This document shows positions 19,854 through 28,170 of a DNA stretch of 57,069 nt, in pieces. Origin of the DNA: a virus (taxonomy: Duplodnaviria > Caudoviricetes); the IMG/VR virus record IMGVR_UViG_3300022181_000120, positions 1-57,069 of that record. One strand, given 5' to 3'. A model generated the notes under the pieces. The model searched no databases. It had not been told where the DNA came from and saw only the letters and a program-made list of their open reading frames with translations. The position numbers and the translations under genes are program-made. The stretch's first letter is position 1, and every line of letters begins with the position of its first letter.

Positions 19854-20264
19854 ATGAGAAAAATAATTTTCAGGGGAAAAGATCCAGTCGGAGATTGGAT
19901 GTTCGGGAACCTTATTACAACCTCTTACGAAAAAGACGGACAGATTAAGCACTTGTATTCAATACAGTGCATAAATGCTAAATCATATTGTCCCGGAATT
20001 GACGGTGAAACAATTGGGCAATATACCGGAATGGAAGACCGAAAAGGGGATATGATTTTTGAAGGAGACCTGTTCAAAATTGGAGCAGAAGAAAATATAT
20101 TCGAGGTGAGATTTTGCGAAGGGTGCTTCTTGGCTTACGAGAACTGTAAGCAGGTTGGAATATTAGGCGAATTGCCAACCGGTATTTGTCTCGTTATTGG
20201 GAATATATATGATAATCCTGAATTATTAAAATCAGAACAAGATGTACAGAGGGAAAAGAATTGA
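19854..20264 (+). CDS. YopX family protein
   Basis: IFRGK..TIGQYTGMED..IFEGD..VIGNIYDNPELL. Confidence 0.85.
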   Translation: MRKIIFRGKDPVGDWMFGNLITTSYEKDGQIKHLYSIQCINAKSYCPGIDGETIGQYTGMEDRKGDMIFEGDLFKIGAEENIFEVRFCEGCFLAYENCKQVGILGELPTGICLVIGNIYDNPELLKSEQDVQREKN

Positions 20265-20679
20265 TAATGGGAAATGGGTGTATGGCACTCCAATCATGAG
20301 CGTGAACAATAGAACGTATATGATACATGGCGCAACAGAAGATTCAATTAATACTCAAAATATAGTTGAATTTTATTATTGCGAGGTCGATACACAAACA
20401 GTAGGCCAGCTTGTAAAAGAGCACAACGGCGTGAGATATTTTGATGGCGATATTGGCAGAACAAAGGATGAAGCAAAACTTATTGTCATACTCACATGGA
20501 TAAATAAATTCAGCCTATTCGGATGGCTTACTCCAGAAGAATATGAACAAAATAAGTCGGGCACTCTCGATTTTGATAAAGTTCTATTCTGGACGTACGC
20601 TTTCGATGACAATGCGGCTGACGGAATAGAGATAATTGGAAATGTGACCGATAATCCAGAATTATTAAAAGTAGAATAA
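20242..20679 (+). CDS. YopX family protein
   Basis: YRGKRIDNGKWVYG..TVGQ..IIGNVTDNPELL. Confidence 0.8.
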   Translation: MYRGKRIDNGKWVYGTPIMSVNNRTYMIHGATEDSINTQNIVEFYYCEVDTQTVGQLVKEHNGVRYFDGDIGRTKDEAKLIVILTWINKFSLFGWLTPEEYEQNKSGTLDFDKVLFWTYAFDDNAADGIEIIGNVTDNPELLKVE

Positions 20680-20680
20680 A

Positions 20681-22590
20681 ATGAATGCGAGTTTACAAGG
20701 ATTGTGGAATTATTATTTCCATAATGGCAGTCGCCGTAGATGCGACAGGATATTAGTAACAAGCAATGGTCGAGCATTAAGTCATGACGAGGCTAAAAAA
20801 TACGTCAGATATTGCTTAGGCGCTGGGTTTGAGGATTTACATAGTTGCCCTGATTTTGAAACTATTAAAAGTAGATTAAGATGAAAATAAAAGCACAATT
20901 TGCTGGGATGGAGAAAGTGATAGATGAATCATTTTTAAAAACAGATGACGGTGTTATCGCTGGTATAGACTTCGACGGGAACATGATGGTTGCCTTTTGC
21001 AATGTAGGCAATGGGAAATTTATCCCAGTTGACGCAATAAATGGGTATGGGGATAATTGCTTTGACGATGTAAAAGATGAAGAATTGACTCTTAAAAAGT
21101 TGGATTGATATGATTGACATAAAAGAGCTAAGAATTGGTAATTGGTTTATAGGATACGACAATAAGCCATTCATATGGGGATTGGAACACTTTTCTATTT
21201 TACTGTTAGAAAAGAATGCTCCAGATATCGACGAGCTGATAAAATCGCCTATTCCATTAACAGAAGAAATCCTTTTGAAGTGCGGATTTGAATTCAAGAA
21301 TAACGCTTACTTCTCTCCTGTTTTCAATACTGCTGAAAGAATACGTATAGTTGGAGGTAATGATAATTTTCATTTCATAATGAATATACACAAAGCGATT
21401 AAAATTAAATCACTTCATCAATTACAGAATTTAATATTTATCCTGACGGAAGGAAAGGAGTTGGAGTATGGCCATAAGTAAGAGGAATTACAATATAGAC
21501 GCTATTGAAAGCAGGGTTAAGCAAATTATATCAGGTAAAGTTAGAGATTGTATGGTTTATCCATTAGGATATATGCTTGAATATGGGTCAAAAGAGGCAG
21601 CCGAGAAAATGTGCTACCGTCTTAAAATGAGAGGAGTTAATTGCGAGATAGAATCCATAAGCCAAAACTATGCACGGATTATTTTCATTGACATTAAAAA
21701 CAAATTATTTAAAAGAAAATGAGTTTTAAATATTCAGCTTTTATTGAAAACACTCAAGAAGTGAGGGAGTGGGTGAAGAACTTGGGTTATAAAAACTATG
21801 GAAATCCATTTCAGACAACAGACGATAGCTTATTGTTTACCACAATTGACGGCAAATACGTACCATATAATGTTACAATCAGAGATAATTCTTGGATAGA
21901 TTGCCGTGGCAACCTCGAGCTTTTCAAAGCAATAACGGCGGTAAGGGATGATGAAAACATTAAACAGTGGTTTATATGCGATACCGATGTCAACTTAGGA
22001 TATTCGGATATAGACGGAAATTTTCTACACAGTAAAATATACAAAGGCGATATTTTCTTTTGGGATATTCATATAGAGCATGCGGGTGTTCTTGATGGTG
22101 ATTTTCACAAAGCAACAAAAGAAGAACTAATAATGCACTTCGGCAAGAAACAATGTCCTCAATGCGATGATGCGTGCTTTTATCATTGCACAGAAAACGG
22201 ACACGTATATCCTCCAAAATGCGTAACTAAAAACGATTAAAAACTATTGAGAAAATGACAGACGAAAAGATAAAAGAAATAGCAGAAAAGCTTATACCTG
22301 AAAGAGCTTTTGGAAGTCCTGTAAACGCTTATATTAACGGATTAGAGGACGGAATTAATCAATGTGTGATTAATTTAAACGACGCAGTAATCGTCACCCT
22401 TACTAAGAGGGGAGCGGAAATATTAAATGATGATGCGAAAGAATTTAACAGCAAATTCAGCTTGCATTTAAAAGATGACCGCAAAGAGGGCGATGAGTAT
22501 GAAAATCAATTGTGGTGCATGTTTGAAAGATTTGGAGAATTCTGTTCAGCAGGAAGCGAGAGTGTATTTACTAATTTGAGAAAAGTATGA
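20681..22590 (+). other. Run of six small hypothetical early genes (20681-20884, 20881-21108, 21110-21481, 21468-21722, 21719-22240, 22255-22590)
   Basis: Tightly packed or overlapping ORFs with no recognisable domains. Confidence 0.6.
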
Positions 22591-22940
22591 AAGTACCAGA
22601 ACAATATCGGATTAAGAGAGGTATGATGGCAAGTGATTCATCATATGGGAATAATGGAGCTTTTGAAATTCCATTAAGCAACAGGAGTACCGCATTTGTG
22701 ATTGCTTCGGATGGCGAAGGATGGCAGCATGTTTCTGTGCATATTGTTTCAGACGGCAAACAGAGAACGCCAACATGGGCAGAAATGTGTAAGATAAAGG
22801 ATATTTTTTGGGATGATACTGAAACGGTAATTCAATTTCATCCACAAAAAAGTGAGTACGTAAATAATCATAAGCATTGCTTACACTTATGGAAACCTAT
22901 TGGTGTAGAAATTCCTTTGCCGGATTCAATGTTGGTGTGA
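22587..22940 (+). CDS. Conserved phage protein (GWQHVSV..PTWAEM..HCLHLW family)
   Basis: Widespread phage motif set. Confidence 0.7.
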   Translation: MKVPEQYRIKRGMMASDSSYGNNGAFEIPLSNRSTAFVIASDGEGWQHVSVHIVSDGKQRTPTWAEMCKIKDIFWDDTETVIQFHPQKSEYVNNHKHCLHLWKPIGVEIPLPDSMLV

Positions 22941-22956
22941 ATAAATTAAAATACTT

Positions 22957-23214
22957 ATGTCTGAATTTGATAAATTAACAAGAATACTTGGTTTTAGCGA
23001 CCTTAAAAAAAGGAATCGTGATCGAAACCATACGACAGCAAGGCAGGCGATTTGTTTTTATTTTAAACAAAAAGGGTATCACGAAAAAGAGATTGCCAAG
23101 ATGTGTGACAGGAGCAGGTCGAATGTTATCTATAGTATAAAAATGTTTAACAATTTGCTTTCAGTAAGAGACAGCTTATCAGTTTATTACTGGAGTAAAA
23201 TTAAAGATAATTAA
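22957..23214 (+). CDS. DnaA C-terminal-like HTH protein
   Basis: ARQAICF..EIAKMCDRSRSNVIYS resembles DnaA domain IV. Confidence 0.65.
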   Translation: MSEFDKLTRILGFSDLKKRNRDRNHTTARQAICFYFKQKGYHEKEIAKMCDRSRSNVIYSIKMFNNLLSVRDSLSVYYWSKIKDN

Positions 23215-23241
23215 CTATATTGGATTGTTTTTTTAACTATA

Positions 23242-23277
23242 AAAAGGTCGTTAATAACGACCTTTTGTGTATCTTTA
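23242..23277 (+). promoter_or_regulatory. GGTCG motif copy 3 (perfect palindrome) plus -7 box
   Basis: AAAAGGTCGTTA-A-TAACGACCTTTT followed by TATCTTTA at 23270. Confidence 0.65.
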
Positions 23278-23314
23278 TATTATCAAAATAACCAATAAAA
23301 TAAAAAATAACAAA

Positions 23315-24214
23315 ATGGAAAATGTATCATTACAGGAATTTAGGGAATTAGCTTACAGGGCATATTATGCGATATCATTCTCACCTGATAAAAGAAGGGA
23401 TACAACCCTTAAAGAGCACGAAGAAGAATTAAATGCTGATCTTGGAAACATCCCGGAATGCGAAAGAGAACGCTACGTCTCGAATTATAAAAAGTATTTT
23501 TCTTCATGGCTGAATGCAATGTCAAATTGCATGAGTTCGATGATTACGGGACCTTCAGGGTTTAATGTCAGACGAGCTGAAAAAGCCAATATAATCGAGC
23601 ATAATCGATATAAGGAATTCATCGATTGGCGGGAAAAAGCACTCAAGGCAATCGCCAAAAGAGTGGAGCAGAGCAAGCCGGAAGAACAGAAATCATCCGA
23701 AGATTGGTTAAGGTTGAAGAGGAGTATCCTAAGTTCTGCCAGAACGATTAGAGAGATAAACGACGGGGAAAACCGGTATAGCAACAAAGCCTTATTTGTC
23801 TCTTCAATCTATAACAAGGTAGAGACGTTTGCCAAAAAAGGAAATATCGAAATAGTTCAAAAGTCTATTGACTTGATCAAAGAACTAAATAAGGAATCTT
23901 CCATCATAACAGAGAGGCATAGGTTTTTTAATTTGCCAGATGTTGCGAAAGCGATAAGTGAAAAAATGAGCGCAAAGAATGAAAAGGAAAGCGACGAGAA
24001 ACATTTCATTGGTGGGAGGGTTGTCCACAACTTCGAGAAGGATCGGTTGCAACTGATTTTCGACGAAAAGCCTTCACCGGATATAATCCATCAATTAAAG
24101 AAAAATGGGTTTCGGTGGTCTCCTCGATTTATGGCTTGGCAAAGACAATTGACAAATAATGCTATTTATGCAACAAATTGCCTTTTAAAGTTAAACAACC
24201 TAATTTGTCAATAA
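23315..24214 (+). CDS. Polyvalent-protein-associated (LPD/DUF3560-like) protein
   Basis: SSMITGPSGF..RLQLIFDEKP..LKKNGFRWSP..AWQRQLT. Confidence 0.6.
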   Translation: MENVSLQEFRELAYRAYYAISFSPDKRRDTTLKEHEEELNADLGNIPECERERYVSNYKKYFSSWLNAMSNCMSSMITGPSGFNVRRAEKANIIEHNRYKEFIDWREKALKAIAKRVEQSKPEEQKSSEDWLRLKRSILSSARTIREINDGENRYSNKALFVSSIYNKVETFAKKGNIEIVQKSIDLIKELNKESSIITERHRFFNLPDVAKAISEKMSAKNEKESDEKHFIGGRVVHNFEKDRLQLIFDEKPSPDIIHQLKKNGFRWSPRFMAWQRQLTNNAIYATNCLLKLNNLICQ

Positions 24215-24229
24215 CTTTTTATCAAAAAA

Positions 24230-24261
24230 GGTCGTCAATAGAGACTATTTTAATAACTTTA
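24230..24261 (+). promoter_or_regulatory. GGTCG motif copy 4 plus -7 box
   Basis: GGTCGTCAATAGAGACT followed by TAACTTTA at 24254. Confidence 0.55.
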
Positions 24262-24356
24262 CAACAGGAAAAGCAACATACCTAAGGCGTTAGGATGGAG
24301 AGGCAAATATTCCACATTTTATTTGTCTCTTACGCTTTTCACAATTACATACAAGA

Positions 24357-24761
24357 ATGGAAATTTATACATCATATTACGCAAACGTACGGAAGTTGAG
24401 AGCCAATAATATAATCCCAGTTGGAATATCAATCGGTATTCCTAAATACTTTTATGGTCATTCGTTAAGATACCTTGCTCCAACAAGAGAAATGTTGCAT
24501 TTGGGGGAGATAGAGTATACTCCTCTATACATGGAAATACTTGAAAAAGTAAGCCTTGAGAGGCTGAGAAATGATTTGGCGATAATATCACATAATGAAG
24601 GAGTAAAGGATATCGCATTATTGTGTTACGAGAAGCCAGGCGATTTTTGTCATAGAAGATTATTTGCGGATTGGCTAAAAGAAAAAACAGGATACGAAGT
24701 AAAGGAATTCGGATATATCGAAAAGAAGAATCCTGTAGCTATACAAAACTCGTTGTTTTAA
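24357..24761 (+). CDS. DUF488-family protein
   Basis: IYTSYYA..LAP..LLCYEKPGDFCHRRL. Confidence 0.8.
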   Translation: MEIYTSYYANVRKLRANNIIPVGISIGIPKYFYGHSLRYLAPTREMLHLGEIEYTPLYMEILEKVSLERLRNDLAIISHNEGVKDIALLCYEKPGDFCHRRLFADWLKEKTGYEVKEFGYIEKKNPVAIQNSLF

Positions 24762-24809
24762 ATTTTTTATTGGTTAAGTGAAAAGTTGCCTGAGAAGGTC
24801 GTTTAACAT

Positions 24810-24879
24810 TGCGAGGAAGTGAATAAGCATCACGCAGGTATCATAAACCTGAGAACCGGAGCGTTACCGGCGATCGCAA
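24810..24879 (+). tRNA. Degenerate tRNA-like element, anticodon CAT
   Basis: D stem GTGA/TCAC, anticodon stem CAGGT/ACCTG with loop ATCATAA, T-like stem CCGG/CCGG with aberrant loop AGCGTTA, 5-bp acceptor TGCGA/TCGCA. Confidence 0.5.
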
Positions 24880-25012
24880 CAAGGCAAGAAGATGGTTTTA
24901 ACGATGCCCTTAAGTAATGTAGTTAGGTGTGAACAAAATAATCGACCATAAGAGGATTGGCTTTGCAGACGTGTAAAGCAAGTGGGTGACAGTCGGGAAT
25001 AGACCGGCACAC

Positions 25013-25151
25013 GTGGAGATGGCGGAATTGGTAAACGCTGGCTGGCGATGGCATTACATAGGCGAAACACCTATGATATTTAGTTGGTTGAAAAGTAAAA
25101 GTCCACACGCATCGGAGTTCCAACATGCAGGTTCGAGTCCTGCTCTCCACA
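25013..25151 (+). ncRNA. tRNA(Leu)-like shell with ~87-nt domain replacing the anticodon/variable arms
   Basis: Acceptor GTGGAGA/TCTCCAC+A, D arm TGGCGGAATTGGTAAACGC, perfect T arm GCAGG-TTCGAGT-CCTGC. Confidence 0.65.
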
Positions 25152-25296
25152 CATAGCAAGGCGATAACGCAAAGGAAAACCGTTCACAGGTTGTCGTTAT
25201 GTTGCAGGACGGACTAAGCCACCCAGTTTATTTGCGGATTAAACAATAATTCGAGCAGTGGTAAACAATCGTGACAGCCGGAAAGACGGCAAACTT

Positions 25297-25365
25297 GCGT
25301 GTTAGGTGTTACGGTAGCATATTGTACATCCAGTACAAAGGATTGGTTCGACTCCAGGGCACGCT
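25297..25365 (+). tRNA. Non-canonical tRNA-Gly(TCC)
   Basis: GCGTGTT/GGCACGC+T acceptor, anticodon arm TTGTA-CATCCAG-TACAA, T loop TTCGACT; A at position 33, shortened T stem, CCA not encoded. Confidence 0.75.
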
Positions 25366-25378
25366 CAATTTAACTGTG

Positions 25379-25654
25379 ATGAATGGTTCTGGTAAAGATA
25401 GGTATTCGTCAAACTGGGAAAAGCTTAGTAAACGTTTACGATTGCTTTACCCTTGTGCTATTTGCGGAGAGACTGATTTCTTAAAAAAAGAGGCTCACCA
25501 TATTGATGGCAATAAGAAAAATGGGACAATAAAAAACGCCATTGTATTATGTAGTGTTTGCCATGGAAAAGTTCACTCGGGAACATACAAAATACCGGAG
25601 ACATTCAAGGGTTACAATATAATTCACGTGAGTAAAATTAAAACGTACAGGTAA
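25379..25654 (+). CDS. Small HNH endonuclease
   Basis: CAICG..EAHHIDGNKKN..N.IVLCSVCHGKVH; likely start ATG 25379. Confidence 0.8.
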   Translation: MNGSGKDRYSSNWEKLSKRLRLLYPCAICGETDFLKKEAHHIDGNKKNGTIKNAIVLCSVCHGKVHSGTYKIPETFKGYNIIHVSKIKTYR

Positions 25655-26955
25655 TGTCATTCACGGGTACCACACCGCAAGAAGTTAGGATTCTGCTTCA
25701 CGATCTAATGAAGGACGTGAGGCAGAAAAACGTATATATAGGTTGTTCGGGAAACTTCACGACTGACAAGTTAATGGCATCAATGGGGTTCGATGTTCAT
25801 TCGAACGATGTAAGTCTTTACTCTAAACTAATATCGGATATTGTTCTCGGAGAGCATACAAAGGTAGAAGCAGTAAACAATGAATTAATCCCAATTTTTG
25901 AGAAATGGGAAGAAACGCCTTATAAAAATCTTATTCAAGTAATGTTTGCAATGAGATTGTCAGGTTTTCATGAAAGGAAGAATGTATATCAGCAAACAAT
26001 GTTTAATGCTTTTATGAATCAATCAGCTGATTACTATAGAGATACTGTAGATAAACTTCAAAAAGGCAGTCTTGATTTTAAGATAAAAAGTTTCTCATTT
26101 TATGATTTTTATGAATTCCTAAAAGAGAAAAGGGGTAAGGGGGTAGGGATTAGTTTTCCTCCAACCTATAAAGGAGGCTACGAGAAGATATTTAGCTACG
26201 TCGAGAAGAGCTTCGATTATGAAAGGGCTAAATACAACTTGTTCGATCCGGCTAAGGCAGAGAGCTTATTCGAAGATTTACTTTCAACAGACGAAAACAT
26301 CATCTATTCAGACAGGGAGTGGGAGAGTCTGAAAGAATTAATTATCGGGAAGATAAATTTAGGGTATGGTAAACATCCTGTTTATATTTATTCGAGCGTC
26401 GTTACGCATAAAAACTACTATATCCAGAAGAAAAAAGAAATCAAGCCGTCAAATTTGACCGTTCTTCCGATTGACTATGAGTTCACTCGAAAAACAAAGA
26501 TAACCGTAGATGTTTGTTCTGTAAATGACATCAATTATTTCAAAGGTTTTTATATGGCTGCCAAGGTTGATTATACAACAGGTGGTGACTTTGGAATAGT
26601 ATTTCTCGCTGATGGAAAAGCATTCGGTTTCTCTTCTTTCAGTAAATTCCTTTCTACTGTAGATCTCGTATTCATGCAAAGCGACTTTGTTGTCAACTCA
26701 AATACCCCTAAATTAAGCAAGCTTTTAATCATGCTTGTTAAATCACATGAAGTCAGAAAGCTTATTGCAAGGAGATTGGCTAATTACTACGACGGAGTGA
26801 AAACAACGGTATATACAGACAAACCCATTTCGATGAAATATAGGGGTGTGTTTGATTTGGAACGGAGAGACAAGGGCAAGCTTATGTACGTTGGAAGGTT
26901 TACAGACATTGGAATTAAGCAAATATATCAGACATGGATAGACAGGCAGAAATAA
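25654..26955 (+). CDS. DNA modification protein: divergent N6-adenine MTase-like domain fused to a Mom-like GNAT domain
   Basis: N-terminal YIGCSGNFT, SNDVSLY and FPPTY (DPPY-like); C-terminal ADGKAFGFSSF..SDF..KLSKLL..TDKPISMKYRGVF. Confidence 0.65.
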   Translation: MSFTGTTPQEVRILLHDLMKDVRQKNVYIGCSGNFTTDKLMASMGFDVHSNDVSLYSKLISDIVLGEHTKVEAVNNELIPIFEKWEETPYKNLIQVMFAMRLSGFHERKNVYQQTMFNAFMNQSADYYRDTVDKLQKGSLDFKIKSFSFYDFYEFLKEKRGKGVGISFPPTYKGGYEKIFSYVEKSFDYERAKYNLFDPAKAESLFEDLLSTDENIIYSDREWESLKELIIGKINLGYGKHPVYIYSSVVTHKNYYIQKKKEIKPSNLTVLPIDYEFTRKTKITVDVCSVNDINYFKGFYMAAKVDYTTGGDFGIVFLADGKAFGFSSFSKFLSTVDLVFMQSDFVVNSNTPKLSKLLIMLVKSHEVRKLIARRLANYYDGVKTTVYTDKPISMKYRGVFDLERRDKGKLMYVGRFTDIGIKQIYQTWIDRQK

Positions 26956-27689
26956 ATAAAAAGTTGACAGAAATTAATGGGCTGGTCAAGCCGTATCAGC
27001 TGGCATATGTCAGCCCGGTTAATGATTGCGTGCCATTGGAACGTAACGCACATTACATGGATAAGGATGTTTTTGATAGGTTAACTTTCAATGTTGAGAA
27101 AGACGGTTTTTTGAGCCAACTTCCGTTTGGTATGAAAAGGGAAGATGGAAAGTTTTTAATTCTATCCGGCAATCATCGGTTGAAAGCATCAATAAAAGCG
27201 AAGTTGGATTATATTCTTATCCTGTACGTCGATGAAGTGGACAAAGATACTCAGATTGCTTATCAGTTGAGTCACAATATGCTTGTAGGCAAGGACGATC
27301 TCCAGATGCTGAAAGATATTTATGCGGAAATGGAATCAATTGAAGCGAAGGAGTTTTCAGGATTGGATGATTTGAAATTTAAGGAAATAAACTCAATCAA
27401 TAGTCTTTCAATAAGCGATGCGGATATTGAGCTTACTGAAATGAAGTTCCTTTTTGTTGAGAACGTTAAGAACAACGTAAATACGGTGTTGAGCGTACTT
27501 GAAGAGCAGAAGCTGGATGAGAATTCACGAATCATACTTGGCTCATACGAAGAATTCATCAAGGTTTTAACCGAGGTGAAGAAAAAATACGGAATAAAAA
27601 GCGTTTCCGTTGCTTTTGGAAGAATGATAGAAATATGCCGTAAAGAACTAAGTTCAGAGTTAGATATTAACGATTTTAATGTAAACTGA
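26934..27689 (+). CDS. ParB/Srx N-terminal domain protein
   Basis: NAHYM..GFLSQLP..ILSGNHRLKA..LSHN..G.DD. Confidence 0.85.
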   Translation: MDRQAEINKKLTEINGLVKPYQLAYVSPVNDCVPLERNAHYMDKDVFDRLTFNVEKDGFLSQLPFGMKREDGKFLILSGNHRLKASIKAKLDYILILYVDEVDKDTQIAYQLSHNMLVGKDDLQMLKDIYAEMESIEAKEFSGLDDLKFKEINSINSLSISDADIELTEMKFLFVENVKNNVNTVLSVLEEQKLDENSRIILGSYEEFIKVLTEVKKKYGIKSVSVAFGRMIEICRKELSSELDINDFNVN

Positions 27690-27690
27690 G

Positions 27691-28170
27691 ATGGCAAATA
27701 TTGGGAGACCGAGAGTAGATGATTTATACGAAAAATGGGTTGCTGGAAAAGAGGAATCCATTATTGCAGCGTGTAGAAACGGAGCAGATAGTGAGGGATT
27801 ATCGAAAGTACTCGGTTGTGGAAAAACAACATATTTTAAACTTGCTAAAAAATACGATAAGTTTAAAGAACTTATAAAAGAGGGGAAAGAGGTTGCCGAT
27901 GCCAAGGTAGAGTCGGCATTATACAAGAGAGCGGTAGGCTATGATTATGAAGAAACAACAACGAGGGTTGTAGTTGATAAAGAAGGAACAGGGACTATAA
28001 CTCATGTAACTAAGGTAAAGAAGCATATTGCGCCGGATACGACAGCGCAAATATTTTGGCTTAAAAATAGAAAACCGACTGACTGGAGAGACAGGCAGGA
28101 AATGGATGTTACGGTTAATCCTTTCTTGGAACTAATGCAGGCGGCTACAGCTGAAGAGGATGGCGAATGA
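27691..28170 (+). CDS. Terminase small subunit
   Basis: VESALYKRAVGY..KHIAPDTTAQIFWLKNRKP..WRD; precedes TerL. Confidence 0.85.
   Translation: MANIGRPRVDDLYEKWVAGKEESIIAACRNGADSEGLSKVLGCGKTTYFKLAKKYDKFKELIKEGKEVADAKVESALYKRAVGYDYEETTTRVVVDKEGTGTITHVTKVKKHIAPDTTAQIFWLKNRKPTDWRDRQEMDVTVNPFLELMQAATAEEDGE

Noticed and set aside
25013-25151. tmRNA or group I intron-containing tRNA-Leu
   Set aside because: The insert is only ~87 nt, there is no G3:U70 alanine identity or tag ORF, and no recognisable group I core
24864-25159. Minus-strand ORFs over the RNA cluster
   Set aside because: Antisense shadows of structured RNA with unnatural composition
25271-25378. N-terminal extension of the HNH ORF given in the ORF track
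   Set aside because: It overlaps the tRNA-Gly and the upstream hairpin; ATG 25379 is the more plausible start
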